Positions 27,668-43,167 of a stretch of 64,000 nucleotides of DNA are shown piece after piece. The notes beneath the pieces were generated by a model. The model saw only the letters and a program-made list of their open reading frames with translations, was not told the DNA's origin and did not search any database. Origin of the DNA: Heptranchias perlo (Eukaryota); NCBI RefSeq assembly GCF_035084215.1, contig NW_027139623.1, positions 2,046,001-2,110,000 of the forward strand, given 5' to 3'. The translations under genes and the position numbers were made by a program. Each line of letters opens with the position of its first letter. Position 1 is the stretch's first letter.

Positions 27668-28352
27668 TCTCACAGAGAGAGCATTGACCTGGGAACGGGG
27701 AGAGGAAAGATCAAGGAGTGGGGAAGCAGTTTCTGATATTTAATTAGTATGGGGAGATTCCCCAACACTCGGTACAAGGAGATGAGAAACAACGGCCCGG
27801 GTTCTCGGCCATCCCGAGAGAAGGAGCGGAATTCCCGGTTTCACGGTATAAATGAACAGGCGGTGATACAGAGTCTTTCCCCAGACATTACATTCTCCGC
27901 TCAGAGTAAAATCCCTCCTCACTCCCTCTCCCGCTGTGTCCTCTCTGCTCGGTCTTTATTTCCTGCCCTCATTCAATTATCAGTTCGATGTGAAGTTTCT
28001 GTTTGAGGAGCGGTTCACCGGGCCGGAACTGGCGGGATTTTTGAAATTGAAGCTGGACTTTGTCCCGTTCCGGAAAGCAATGACCGGGGCTTTATTCCCG
28101 CCCGTTTACAGACAGATCAGAGAATGAACCGGAATGTGAAACAGCCTGAGATTTGAGCTGAGGAGAAGGAAATAATGGAGATTATAAAGAGAGAGATTCT
28201 TAAATTGCTGGAGGGAAATGAGATTTTCTTGAAACTGTTATTTGATGCTCTGAAATTGGCGGGCTTTTTGAAATTGATGATTTATTTCAGCTCAGCCAAT
28301 TGGGGCCCAATATCTCCATCCGTTTCGGTCTGACTGACAGAGCTCGGTTTAA

Positions 28353-28927
<575 letters not shown>

Positions 28928-29099
28928 ACCCGACCCGGCTTCAGCACCAAGTGCAACAAAGGCTCTTTTCAGAGCCACCAAATCTGCGATGGAAAGAGCT
29001 GTGATCTCCTTTGTTGAAATGGCATGTCCTTGAGAAATTTGCTTAAACGGGAAATGTACAAAGGGGAGGGAGCAGATATCAGACGGATAGGGACAGAAT

Positions 29100-29960
29100 A
29101 ATTCGGGGGAATAAGGAGGCCACATACTGCTTGGAAAATAAGAGTCTAAATGGAGTCGAAGAGTAAAGGGATTTAGGGGTACAGATTGACAAATCTTTAA
29201 ATGTAGCAACACAGGTTGATAAGTCCATAAAAAGCAAACACGGAGGTTTGTTTCTGGAGGAGTAGAATTGAAAAGCTGATAAGTTATGTTGAACTATAAT
29301 TTAAACTTTCAAACCTTCTGTCAAACTGTTAAACCTTCCCTTTCTGAAATCCGTGCTGACTATTCTTTATTATATTTTCGGTTTCTCGATGTTTTTTCTA
29401 TTGCAGCATTGAGTAAAAGATTCCATGATCATTCCTACCACCGACCTTTAGTTCCCTGGACTTGTTCTATCTCCTGTTTTAAAATATAAGAATCACATTA
29501 ACTGTCATCCAGTCCTCTGGCACTATTCCTTTTTGTGATGATTTTTTCTATATATGTAACAGTGCCTCTGCTGTCCCTTCCCTTGCTTCATTTAATATGC
29601 ACGGATGCAATCCATCTGGACCAGGAGTTTAATCACCCTTTCTAACTTAAATGTCTTGATATCTTTATTGACCTCTTCCTCTAATATCATGTTCACCCTG
29701 TTAATCTCCCGGGTAAATACTGAGGCAAAGTAATAATTCAATATTTCTGCCATTTCGCTGACGTTATCTGTTAGTTTATCTTGTGCATCCCTTCGTGGCC
29801 CTCAGATATTCTGATTTTCCTTTTGTTATTTTTGTGCCTGTGGAATAATTCACTATTTCTTTTTGTATTCCTTGATAATTTGATTTCGTAGTTCCTGTTT
29901 GCTTCCCTAATTGTTTTTGTGACTTCTTCCTAACCTCTTTCCATTCGCTTTTGCCATCAC
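29100..29960. mobile_element. Inverted duplicate of the CR1 fragment at 1610-2490
   Basis: Reverse-complement similarity including the inversion junction. Confidence 0.75.
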
Positions 29961-30124
29961 CTTATTTAATATCAAAGAATGAGAAATTCCATCAGCTTGT
30001 TGTGTCTGTTCAGGGGCTGATGTTTGGGAACTACTTATTGTCTATGATTAAAGTGCCAGAAATCAAAAGGGAGCAATTCACTCCGAAACTCCACAGAAAC
30101 ACTCTATTTCTCCCTCCGAGTGAA

Positions 30125-30197
30125 CTAAGGTGCTATAATGGTGAGTAGAGCTGCCTTCCAAACAGTTAATTCCAACAGGTTTGAATCCCAGTTCGCT
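30125..30197 (+). pseudogene. Decayed tRNA-Gly(TCC) copy
   Basis: ggtgctataatggtgagtagagctgccttccaaacagtt...ggtttgaatcccag. Confidence 0.7.
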
Positions 30198-30939
30198 GAA
30201 TTCAGAAACACCAAGACTGGAACCGAATTTGATGATGTTCAGAGCGATAGTGTTTCCAAAACACAAACGGGTCAAATTTACATAAAAATACTTTTAAAAT
30301 TCATTTATTTCTCCCATAACGTTGAATTTAACTCTGATCCTTTGTATTATTATGTGCCCTGATCTGTACGGTGGATACGGAACACAATTGCCCGGTTTAG
30401 TGAAATTAATTGATTTTCTGCTGATTCCCGTTCCTTATTTCAATTATGTCGGATTAACCTTTCTGATCTATGGAAGGGTCATAGTCCTGAACCGTTAACC
30501 CGAGCTTCCCTTCTCCACAGATGCTGCCATACCTGCTGAGTCTTTCCAGCATTTTCGGTTTCAATTTTTTCTATATTTTATCCCTTTCACTTTTGACGGT
30601 CGCCGTTGAAACTTGCAGATTTGCCCTCAGTTTTTATTTGTGTTTCAGTTCGGTTTATTTGAATTAATATAAATCGAGTCCTGAGAAATCAGACAGAAAT
30701 CTTGTGCAATGTAGAGTGAAACATAATGTGGCAACTTTCGAATGAGCAAAACAAAAACTTTATTATGAATCAATTGTCCAATTTTTCACGGACAAAAGAT
30801 GAAAAAGTACGAGAGTAGAAGTTACAGAGAGAAACTATTTCCTCACATTACACATTGTCCTGAATCTGGAACGACGAAAGATAATGTGAATTTGTTCCAC
30901 TCTGTTACAGTTCTCACTTATGGCCAGTAGATGTCAGAC

Positions 30940-33900
30940 TGCATGTGAGTGTGGGATTAATTCTCTGTCTGTCAGTCTCTGTTACTGTATGTGAGTGTGA
31001 TATTCATTCTGTATCCGTCAGTCTCCAGTACAGTCTGTGAGTGTGGGATTCATTCTGTATCTGTCAATCTCTGGTACTGTATGTGAGTGTGATATTCATT
31101 CTGTATCCGTCCGTCTCCAGTGCAGTCTGTGAGTGTGGGATTCATTCTGTATCTCTCAGTCTCTGGTACTGTATGTGAGTGTGGGATTCGTTCTGTGACT
31201 GTAAATCTCTGGGAATGTGTGTGAGTGTGGGATTCATTCTGTATCTGTCAATCTCTGGTGCTATCTGTGAGTGTGGGATTCATTCTTTGACTGTCAGTCT
31301 CTGGTATTTTATCTCAGTTTGGATTCATTCTGTAACTCAGTCTCTGGGCAAAGTGCAAGTCTGGATTCGTTCTGTATTCTTATTTCAGGTTACAGTATGG
31401 TGTTTCAAACTGTATCTTTAAGTCATTAATGTATGCAAATCTTTCATCTAGCATTAATTTGTAAATATGGATACAGTTTCGGATTTTATTTTAATCAAAC
31501 AACGTGTGTGAGTTTTGTTGTCGGATTACATTTTAATCTCTGTGATGATAATGTACATTTCAATCTTTTACTGTGAAATTATTGGACTGGTATTTATTGT
31601 GTAGCTCAGTCTGGGCTAGTGGAATTGATATTGTATCTTTCAGTCTGACACTATGAGATTTTTCGACTGGTATGAAATGTGTGGTTCAGACTGTACTAAT
31701 GGAATTGACACTCTAACTTTCAGTCAGACACTGCGAGAGATTTTTGGACTGGTTTCTGATGTGTAGCTGAGTCTACACTAATAGGATTCACACTGTCTGT
31801 TTCAGTATGATGATGTATGTGAATTTTGGACGGTATATAATGTGTAGCTCAGTCTGCACTAATGGAATTCATACTGTACCTTTCAGTCTGACACTGCGCA
31901 ATATATTTAGACTGGTTTGTAAGGTATAGTTCAGTCTGCACTAATGGAATTGATACTGTATCTTCCAGTCTGACACTTTGTGAGATTTTTGTACTGGTAT
32001 GTAACGTGTCGGTCAGTCTGTACTAATCAAATCGATACTATATATTTCAGTATGATACTGTATATGATTTTTGGACAGGTATCTAATGTGAACCTCTGTC
32101 TGCAGTAAAGGAATTGATATTGTATCTTCCAGTACGATACCTTATGCGAATTTTGGACTGGTATATAATGTGTAGCTCAAACTGCACTAATGGGATTGAT
32201 AGTGTATCTTTCAACCTGACACTGAGATATTTGGACTGGTATGTGATGTGTAGCTCAGCCTGCAATAATGGGATTGATACAGTGTCTTTCAATCTGATAC
32301 TGTATGAGAATTTTCGACTGGTATCTAATGTGTACCTCAGCCTGCAGTAAAGGAATTGAAACTGTACATTTCATTCTGACACTATGAGGTTATTGGACAT
32401 ATGTGAGTCAAATATGGGTAACATCTGAACTGGTATCTAATTTATATCTCAGTGTACACTATTGTCATGAATATGGCATCTTTAAACTCATAATGAGTGT
32501 GAGTTGTGGGCTGGTATTTAATTTGAATCTTGGAGTACACTATTGTGATTCATTCTGTATCTATCGATCAGTACCATGTGTCAGTTCTACCTGGTATTTA
32601 ATTTGTAGCTAAGGCTGAACGAATGTGAGATTAACACCGTGCCTTTCAATCTGATACTGGGTGTGATTTTGACTGGGAATTATTTATCTGCCGGTCAGCG
32701 ATACTGAGTCATTGTGAAATGGGAATTATGTCTTTCTCTCCTGCTCTCTTTGACTGTTGGATTGGGATCAGTGCGCGACTGAATATTTCTGCTGTCTGAG
32801 ACTGTGGGACTGATGACTTGTCTGTGTCTCTGTGCTCTGTGAGTGATAAGGTACCTACTGTGTGTGAGAAGGAGCTGGCTGCACTGACTGCTCCTTGTGC
32901 CCCGGGTGGAGTAAACATCACACTGATTCTGGGTCCTTCAAGGATTTAACTGTCGGAAGAAAAAGTATGTCTTGTAATTCAAGAACAGGTAAAGTAGAAA
33001 ATACAAAACTGATCAATTGAATCTCTGTTAATAATCATTGTAATATCCACAAATGAAAACCAGCGATACAAAGTGTCAGTGTCTGACTCCACTGCAGTCC
33101 TGCAGCACTCAGCTTCTGCACACCAGGTGTGTTGGGCTGTTTTACAACAATTTAGTGACATCCAGACACAACCCAACCGCTGCACTGATCAATGAATGGG
33201 ACTACCGATGGGGACGGGACCGTTGCACACATCAGATTTCTAATTCCCTCTCCCTTGGAATGAACAGTTCAACCGAAACAAAACAGCCGCTGTTTAAAAT
33301 GAGTCCTTCAAACTTCTCACCTGATGCCTGCAATAGATGCTCTTTGTATAACTCCCCACATCCTTTCTGTCCGGCTCTGTTTACTGTTCAGTAACAGACA
33401 CTAAAGTTTAATGGACAGGAATAAAAAAATCAGATTTAATACCTGCCACCAATCACAAACACGCCCTCTCTGCACCTTGTCCGGTTTCAGCAATTTGTTC
33501 CGAACTGTTGCAGTTCTGCTTCCGGCCAGTAGATGTCCCCAAACCCCGGGTCATTGAAGTTTACAGATGAGAGAGGGACAGAAGATAAACTCATTCTTCA
33601 CATTATATTGCACGGGTGGGGTTTAGAAAAACTGGGAATGGAGACGAGCTCCAAGTACATTTTGTTTGACCAAACACTACTTGTAATGCTGTGTTAAATT
33701 ATTGTAATTGATTTCGGGGGTATTGTCACTACTGAGGAAGACTGGGACAAAATAAACTTGCAGAACAGCCGTGTAAATGGCCATTGAATTTCAATATAGA
33801 AAGGTGTGAGGTGGGGCATTTCGCGAGGGGGAATAAGGAGGCCACATACTGCTTGGAAAATAAGAGTCCAAATGGGGTGGAGGAGCAATGTAAATCGTGT

Positions 33901-36900
33901 CCTGGGAAATCAGAGAGAAACACTGCGCAATGTACAGTGAAATATAATGGGGCAAATTCACAACTATCGAATGAGTGAAAGAAAAACTTTATTATGAATC
34001 AATTGTCTTCATGTTTCACCGTCAAAATGTGCAAAAATACGAGAGTAAAAGTTACAGACAGAAACTTTCCTCACATTGCACATTGTCCTGTTTCTGTAAC
34101 CACGACAGATAATGTGAATTTGTTCCGCTTTTTTACAGTTCTCGCTTACGTCCAGTAGAGGTCAGTTTCTGGTACTGTATATGAGAGTGGGATTTATTCT
34201 GTATCTGTCTGTCTCTGGTACTGTATATGAGAGTGGGGTTTATTCTGTATCTGTCTGTCTCTGGTACCGTTTTTGAGAGTGGTGTTTATTCTGTACCTGT
34301 CTGTCTGTCTCTGGTACTGTATATGAGAGTGGGGTTTATTCTGTATCTGTCTATCTCTGGTACTGTATATGAGAGTGGGGTTTATTCTGTATCTGTCTAT
34401 CTCTGGTACTGTATATGAGAGTGGGGTTTATTCTGTATCTGTCTGTCTCTGGTACTGTATATGAGAGTGAGGTTTATTCTGTATCTGTCTGTCTCTGGTA
34501 CCGTTTTTGAGAGTGGTGTTTATTCTGTACCTGTCTGTCTGTCTCTGGTACTGTATATGAGAGTGGGGTTTATTCTGTATCTGTCTATCTCTGGTACTGT
34601 ATATGAGAGTGGGGTTTATTCTGTATCTGTCTATCTCTGGTACTGTATATGAGAGTGGGGTTTATTCTGTATCTGTCTATCTCTGGTACTGTATATGAGA
34701 GTGGAGTTTATTCTGTATCTGACAGTCTCTGGTGCTTTATGTCAGTGTGAGGTTAATTCCATCACTGCCAGTCTCTGGTGCTGTGTGTGAGTGTGGAATT
34801 AACTATGTACCTGTCAGTCTCTGGTACTGTCTGTGTGAGTGGGATTCATTCTGTATCTGCCATTCTCTGCTGCTTTATCTCAGTGTGGGATTCATTATGT
34901 AATTCAGTCTCTGGGACAATGTGCAAGTCTGAATTCATTCCATATTCTTATTTCAGTTCAGAGTATCGTACTTGAAACTGTATCTTTAACACTCCAAATT
35001 ATATACAGTTCTTCGTCGAGTATTTGATTTGATAATATGGATACACTTTTCGATTTTCTTTAATCAAACAATGTGTGTGAGTTTTGGAGTGGTATTACAT
35101 CTTAATCTCTGAACTCTACTGTGAATGATAATGTACCTTTCAATCTGTTCACGTTGAAATTATTGGACTAGTATGTAATGTGTAGCTAAGACTGCAATAA
35201 TGGGATTAATTCTGTGTCAGAGTCCAACACTGTGAGAGACTTTTGGACTGGTGAGTAACATATAGCTCAGTCTAGGCTAATGGAATTGAGATTGAATCTT
35301 TGAGTCTGATATGTTGTGACATTGTTGGACTGCTATATAATCTGTGGCCCTGTCTGCACTCACGGAATCGATACTGTATCTTTCAGTCTAATATTGTATG
35401 AGATTGTTGGGCTGTTATATAATTTTTGCTCAGGTGGTGTGAATAGAATTTAAACTATACCTTCCAGTCTGATCATTTATGGGGTTTGTGGACTCGAATG
35501 CAATTTGTAGCTCAGTCTGTACCAATGGTATTGATAATGTTTATTTCAGTATAACATGAGTATTACCAACATATCGAATATGTAGCTCAGTCTGCACCAA
35601 TGGAATTGAAACTGTATCTTTCAATCTGACACTATGAGATTTTTGGACTGGTATGTAATGCGCAACTCAGTCTGCAGTAATGTGATTGTGAGATTCATTC
35701 TGTGTCTGTTCGTCTCTGGTACTGTTTGTGACTGTGAGATTCATTCTGTCTCTGACAGTCTCTGGTACTGTATGTGAGTGTGAGCTTCATTCTGTATCTG
35801 TCAGTCTCTGGTACTGTTAGTGAGTGTGAGATTCATTCTGTATCTGTCAGTCTCTGGTACTGTTTGTGAGTGTGAGATTCATTCTTTATCTGTCAGCCCC
35901 TGGTACTGTGCATGAGTGAGATTCATTCTGTTCCTGATATGGTGTGTGAGTGTGGGATTCATTCTATATCTGTCAGTCCCTGATACTGTGCGTGAGTGAG
36001 ATTCATTCTGTTCGTGGTACTATATGTGAGTGTAGGATTCATTCTATATCTGTCAATCCCTGATACTGTGCGTGAGTGAGATTCATTCTGTTCCTGGTAC
36101 TATATGTGAGTGTAGGATTCATTCTATATCTGTCAGTCTCTGGTACTGACTGTGAGCTTGGTGTATATTCTGCATCTGTGAGTCTCAGGCGTACTATATA
36201 TAAGTGATGGATTCATTCTGTATCTGCCAGACTCTGGTGCTGTATGTGAATGTAGGATTCATTCTGTATCTGCCATTCTCTGCAACTTTATCTCAGTGTG
36301 GGATTCATTCTGTAATTCAGTCTCTGAGACAATGTGCAAGTCTGAATTCATTCTGTATTCTTATTTCAGTTTACAGTATCTTATTTGAAAATGTATCTTT
36401 AATACTTTAAATTATATATAGTTCTCCGTTGATTATTTAATTTGTAAATATGGATTTCTTTTGATTTTCTTTAATCAAAGAATGTGTGTGAGTTTTGGAG
36501 TAGTATTACATATTAATCTCTAAACTCTATTGTGAATGACAATGTACCTTTCAATCTGTTCATGGTGAAATTACTGGACTGGTATGTAATGTGTAGTTCA
36601 GTCTGCAATAATGGGACTAATTCTGTATCGGAGTCGAACACTGTGAGATTTTTGGACTGGTAAGCAATATGTAGCTCATCCTGAACTAAAGGAATTGATA
36701 CTCTATCTATCAGTCTGATACTGTATGAGATTTTTGGACTGGAATGTGATGTGTAGCTCAGTCTTCAATAATGGAAGTGATACTGAATCTTTCAATCTGA
36801 TTCTCTGAGATTTTAGGACTGGTGAGTAACATGGAGCTCAGTCTGTGCTCATGGAATTGATGTTGTATCTTTGAGTCTGATAGGATATGAGATTGTTGGA

Positions 36901-39600
36901 CTGCTATAAAATGTGTGGCTCAGTCTGCACTAATGAAATCGATACTGTATCTTTCAGTCTAATGTTGTATGGGATTTTCAGTCTTGTATGTATTGTACAG
37001 CTCAGGCGGTACTAATAGAATAGAAACTGTATCTTCCTGTCTGCTCATTTATGAGGTTTTTGGACTGGTATATAATGTGTCGCTCGGTCTGTACCAATGG
37101 TATTGATACTATTTATTTCAGTATAATACTGAGTATTTAACAATATATCTAATATGTAGCTCAGTCTGCACTAATGGAATTTATACTGTATCTTTCAATC
37201 TGGCACCAGGAGATCTTTGGACTGGTCTGTAAAGTGTAACTCAGTCTGCAGTAATGTGACTGTGATATTCATTCTGTATCTGTCAGTTTCTGCTACTGTA
37301 TGTGAGTGAAATTCATTCTGTTCCTGGTACTCTATGTGAGTGTGGGAATTATTCTGCATCTGTCAGTCTCTGGTATTGTGTGTGGATGAGGGATTCCTTC
37401 TGTATCTGTCAGTCTCTGGTATTGTGTGTGGGTGTGGGATTCTTTCTGTATCTGTCAGTCTCTAGTATTGTGTGTGGGTGAGACATTCATTCTGTATCTA
37501 ACAATTTCTGATGCTGTGGATCAGTGAGAGAAATTCTGTATCTGTCAGTCTGTGCGATAATGTGTGAGTGTGGGATTCATTTTGAATCTGTCAGTCTCTG
37601 GTAGATTGTATGAGTTTGGGATTCATTCCATATATCAGTCTCTGGCACTCTATCGGAGTGTGAGATTCAGTCTTTAACTGTATCTAATTTGTATTTCCGT
37701 TTACAGTATGGTGTTCAAATCTGTATCTTTAATACCTTAATGTTGGAATATTATTTCCCAGTCTTTAATTAGGAGATAATGATATATTTTAAAATGTATT
37801 GCTGTCGGATATAATCAGATAATGTGCGCATCTATTTTTGGACTACTATTAAATCTGTATCGATGGGAAAACAATTGTGAATTTGTGCATCTTCCAAACT
37901 GATATGGTGACATTTTTGAACTTGTATTTAATGTAGAGCTCAGTCTGCATGAATAGAATACTGTATATTTCAGTCTGAATCTGTAACAGTTTTGTTGTAG
38001 TGGTTTCTAATGTGTAGCTCAGTCTGCACTAATGGAATTGATACTGTATCTTTCAATCTGACACTGTGAGATTTTTGGACTGGTACGTAATGTGCAACTA
38101 AGCCTGCATTGATGGAATTGATACGTTATCTTTCAATCTGTGACTGTGAGATTTCTGCTCTGGTAAGTAATTTGTAACTCAGCCTGCACGAATATAGGTG
38201 ACTGTGAGATTCACTTTGCATCTCTCAGTCTCTGGTACTGCATGTGAGTTTGGGATTCATGCTGTATCTGTCACTCTCTGGTACTCAATTTGAGTGTGGG
38301 ATTCATTCTGTATATACATTCTCTAGTACTGTGTGTGGGTGTTGAATTATTTCCATATAAGCAGTTTCTCATAATGTATGTGAGTGTGGGATTGATTCTG
38401 TATCTGTCAATCTCTGGTACTGTGTGTGAGTGTGGGATTCATTCTGTATCTGTCATTCTCTGGTGCTGTGTGTGAGTATGGGATTCATTCTGTATCTGCA
38501 ATTCTCAGGTACTGTGTGTGAGTGTGGGATTCATTCTGTATCTGTCAGTCTCTGGTACTATGTGTGAGTGTGAGATTCATTCTGTATCTGTCAGTCTCTG
38601 GTGCTGTGTGTGAGTGTGGGATTCATTCTGTATCTGCAGTTCTCAGGTACTGTGTGTGAGTGTGGGATTCATTCTGTATCTGTCAGTCTCTGGTACTGTG
38701 TGTGAGTGTGGGATTCATTCTGTATCTGTCAGTCTCTGGTACTGTGTGTGAGTGTGGGATTCATTCTATATCTGCAGTTCTCAGGTACTGTGTGTGAGTG
38801 TGGGATTCATTCTGTATCTGTCAGTCTCTGGTGCTGTGTGAGTGTGGGATTCATTCAGTATCTGTCAGTCTCTGGTGCTGTGTGTGAGTGTGAGATTCAA
38901 TCTGTATCTGTCAGTCTCTGGTACCATGTGTGAGTGTGGGATTCATACTTTACCTGTAAGTCTCTCGTGCTTTATGAGAGTGTGGGATGAACTTGATATC
39001 TGTCAGTCCTTGGTACTGTATGGCCAGTGTGGGATTCATTCTGTATCTGTCATCTCTTGTACCGTACTTCAGTGTGGGATTGAATTTATGTCTGGCAACT
39101 TCTCGTACTGTATGTGAGTGTGGGATTCATTCTGTGTCTGTGTGTCTCTGTACTGTATCTGAGTGTGAGATTCATTCTGTATCTGTATGTAATTATTCTC
39201 TCAGATTACATTATGGCGTTCAATACTGTAGCTTTAATGTCTTAATGTTTAAATAGTTTTTCACATTATTTAATTGGTCAAAATGGATACACTTTAGGAT
39301 TTGATGCTGGAGGTTTCAATCAGATAATTTGTGTGCTTTTTGGACTAGTATTAAATGTGTATTTCTGTGATTACTATTGTGAATGATAATGAATCTTTCA
39401 AAATGATATTGTGAATTGGTATGTAATGTGTAGATCAGTCTGCACTAAAGGAATTGATACTGTAACTTTAAACTTTGTTTCATAAGATTTTTGGACTCGT
39501 GTGTAATGTGTATCTCAGTCTGGATGAACAGAATTGATACTATATCTTTTAATCTCATACTATGAGTGTATTATAAACTGGTATCTAATTTGTTTCTCAG
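30940..39600. repeat. Large composite satellite domain (alternating 46-bp and ~80-bp arrays), interrupted by duplicon fragments at ~32450-34160
   Basis: Repeated gtgtgggattcattctgtatctgtcagtctctggtact and ggactggtatgtaatgtgtagctcagtctgcactaatggaattgatactg units; ~1.4-kb super-period (34860 vs 36272). Confidence 0.85.
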
Positions 39601-42169
39601 GTTACACTGTCACAGCATTTTTCAATCTGATACTGTACGTGAGTTTTGCACTAGCAATTTGTATTCGAATGGTACACTATTTGAATGGATACTGCATGTA
39701 TTAAACTCACATGTGTGTGAGAGTTCTGGGCTCGAATTCAATAGGAATCTCAAGGAACGTTATTGGGATTCATTCTGTACCTTTCAATCGGGTACCATGT
39801 GTGATTTCTATCTGGTATTTAATTCATGGCTAATGTTGCCCCTTTGTGAGATAGACAATCTGAGAGTGTGATTTTGGACTTGGATTTTTGTATCTCCCTG
39901 TCAGCGGGACTGAGTTAGCGGGAAATGGAACAGTGTCTGCCTCACCTGTTCTGTTTGACTGTGGATTGAAAATGTGTCTCTGGAACTTGGGATCATTGTG
40001 GAACTGAGTACTTCTGCTGTCTGAGACTGTGGAACTGATGACCTGTCTGTGACTCCGTGCTCTGTGTGTGATAATGTACTTACTGTGTGTGAGAAGGAGC
40101 TGACTGCACTGTTCCTTGTGCCTCGGGTGGAGGAAACATCACATTTATTATGGATCCTTCAAGGGTTTGCCTGTAGAAAGAAACGTATGTCTGGTAACTC
40201 AAGAACAGGTGACGAAGAAAATACACAAGTGATCAGTTTAATATCTGTTAATAATTATTTTGAATATCCATAAATGTAAATCAGCGATTCAAACAGTGTC
40301 AGTGTCTGACTCCACTGCAGTACTGCAGCACCCAGCTTCTGCACACCAGGTTTGTTGGGCTGTTGTACAACAATGTATTGACATCCAGACACAACCCAAC
40401 CCCTCCACTAACAAATGAATGGGACTACCCGATGGGGCTGGGACGTTTGTACAGGTCAGGATTCTAATCCCCTCTCCCATGGGACTAACCGTTCAAATGA
40501 AACCAAACAGCCGCTGTTCAAAATGTGTCCTTCACACTTCTCACCTGATGCCTGCAATTGATGCTCTTTGGAAAACTCCCCACATCCTGACTGTCCGGCT
40601 CTGTTTCCACTCTTCACTGTCCAATAACAATAAACAGAGTGAGACTGGAACTAAACCAGGAACATTCACTACTGGTTTGGGGAGAGAAAGCAGCAATGAT
40701 TTTAAATAGCAGGTTCTTCCCATTCTGTCTCCCTTACCCTGGACACACCCTGGACACACACAGCCCGAGAATGACCTCTCCCTTCCCCCGCTCACTCCAT
40801 GTTCCGGGACCAGTTCCTGATCCACTCCGCCTCTTACAAACAGCCCCCGGACTCCCCCTGACCTTCCCCCGGACTCAATGCCGATCTCTGAGCCCATCTG
40901 CGGACACGGTCCCGAAGCGATGAGCTGCTGTAACGAGGCTGCTCTTTGCTCCCTTCCCCCGGGGGCCGTGATCTCTCCATTCCCGGCTGTTTTAAACCAT
41001 CTTCTTCCGCTCACTGAGGGAATGGCGCCCACAGGCCGAGCTGGGGGAGGGCAGCGCGCATGCGCTCTTCTGCTCACCAACAACCAGCGCTGGGGGCGGG
41101 GCTGAGTCACGCATGCGCAGATATCTGGTTTAATTCCCAATACAAAAATCGATGGAAACTTTCCCCAATTGGAATTTTTCCGAGTCTGAGCAAAGGAAGT
41201 GGGTCTGGGGGAAAGGTCAGAGGGAATGGGGTCCACAGGCAGTGCAGGAACAGGCACCAGAATGGAAAACAGATGGGATTCCACCAGTGCCTAACGCTGG
41301 AATCCAGACTGACTTTACAATCTCTAACTATTAAACTAGATGTTTCCATCCCTGCTGTTTCTCTCGGTATCTTTTGATGGTAAAGAGCCTTCCAGAGGTA
41401 AAGTGGGCGGCTGTGGAATGAGCCAAAGTATCCTGCTCATTCTTGGCCCCTCTGCTGATAAATAAATGTGTGACTCCGAAACTGGAGGGAGGATTTCTCA
41501 AACCAATCCTGGAGAAACAGTGGAGGAAAGTAGGAGTCGGTGTGTCTGACAGCAACAGACCCAGATTTATTTAATTGGAGTGAAACTCTCGGTCACTGAG
41601 AGTAATATCGAACAGCCCTGAGCTGCAAAACTCCAGGTGATACAACAGGAAAAGAGGGTTAAATGTGGCCCATTGTTTCTGTCAATGTCTGCACTGTCCC
41701 TGAGTGTGGGATTAATAATGTGTCTGTCCCTTGTACAATATCAGTGAGAGATGAGATTGCATCTTCTGTCTCTCCAACGGGATCTTTCTCGATAAAACGG
41801 AACTTTACCGGTCATTCTAAAACTAATACTGTTTACGTCTGCCTGTCAATGCGTCCCTCCGCTCGATCTCTCTCTCGCCGTGTGTTGCCCCCTCTCACTC
41901 TCTGGTGTTGTATATGAAGGTGGGATACTGCTATTGAGCGTGATATGGACACACTGATAGGAAGTGTAAGACTGATACTGTCCCTCTCTCTCTCTCTCTC
42001 CCTGGTGCTGGACATGAAGATGGGATACGTTCTGATATAAAACAGAGAGAATGAGATGTCCGGGCCGGGTCTCACTGTAACTGAGGATGTGGTCGGCTTC
42101 GGTCCCTGTTCGTCGTCATTATCTTTTCACAGATTCCGGGCGAGAGTCTCTGAGAGACGGTAACACTGG

Positions 42170-42690
42170 CGGATAAACTTTTAGTCGGTACTTTCAGTAA
42201 TTTGTGTATCTGCACCCCTCGATCCCTTTGCTCCTCTATCCTGATCCAGGCAGTGTGTGATCTCCTTATTCTTCATTCTGTAAGTTTATTCGTGTCCTCT
42301 TGCATTTTGACACATTCTACCTTTGTATTAACTGTACTCCCCAATGTGGTGTCATCGTCAAATTTTGAAATTGTCCTTCCGATTCCCGAATCCAAATCGT
42401 AATTTTAAATTGTGAACAACAGTGGTCCCAGCAATGATCCCTGTGTTAAACCACTTCTCAATTTTAGCCACTCTAATTAGCTACCCTTAACTCCTGTTCT
42501 CTTTTTTTGTTTTGTAGCCAGCTTGCTATCCATTTCGCCGCCTGTCCCCGACTCCACGTGCTCTGAACTTTGCCATGAGTCCACAATCGAAGACCTTCTG
42601 AAGATTCAAATGCATTACATCTACTACATTAACTTTGTCTCCGCTTTCAATTACTTCTTCAAAGGATTTAATAAGGTTGGTCCTGTCCTT
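42170..42690 (-). mobile_element. CR1-type LINE fragments
   Basis: Minus strand encodes degenerate PQGSLLGPLLFTI and SKFDDDT RT motifs. Confidence 0.65.
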
Positions 42691-42720
42691 GTCCTGTTAT
42701 TAGATTAAATCCTGGCCGCT

Positions 42721-43167
<447 letters not shown>

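Noticed and set aside
40541-41284. 247-aa ORF
   Set aside because: Broken by a stop in the paralog at 11393-12136 and has no recognisable domain.
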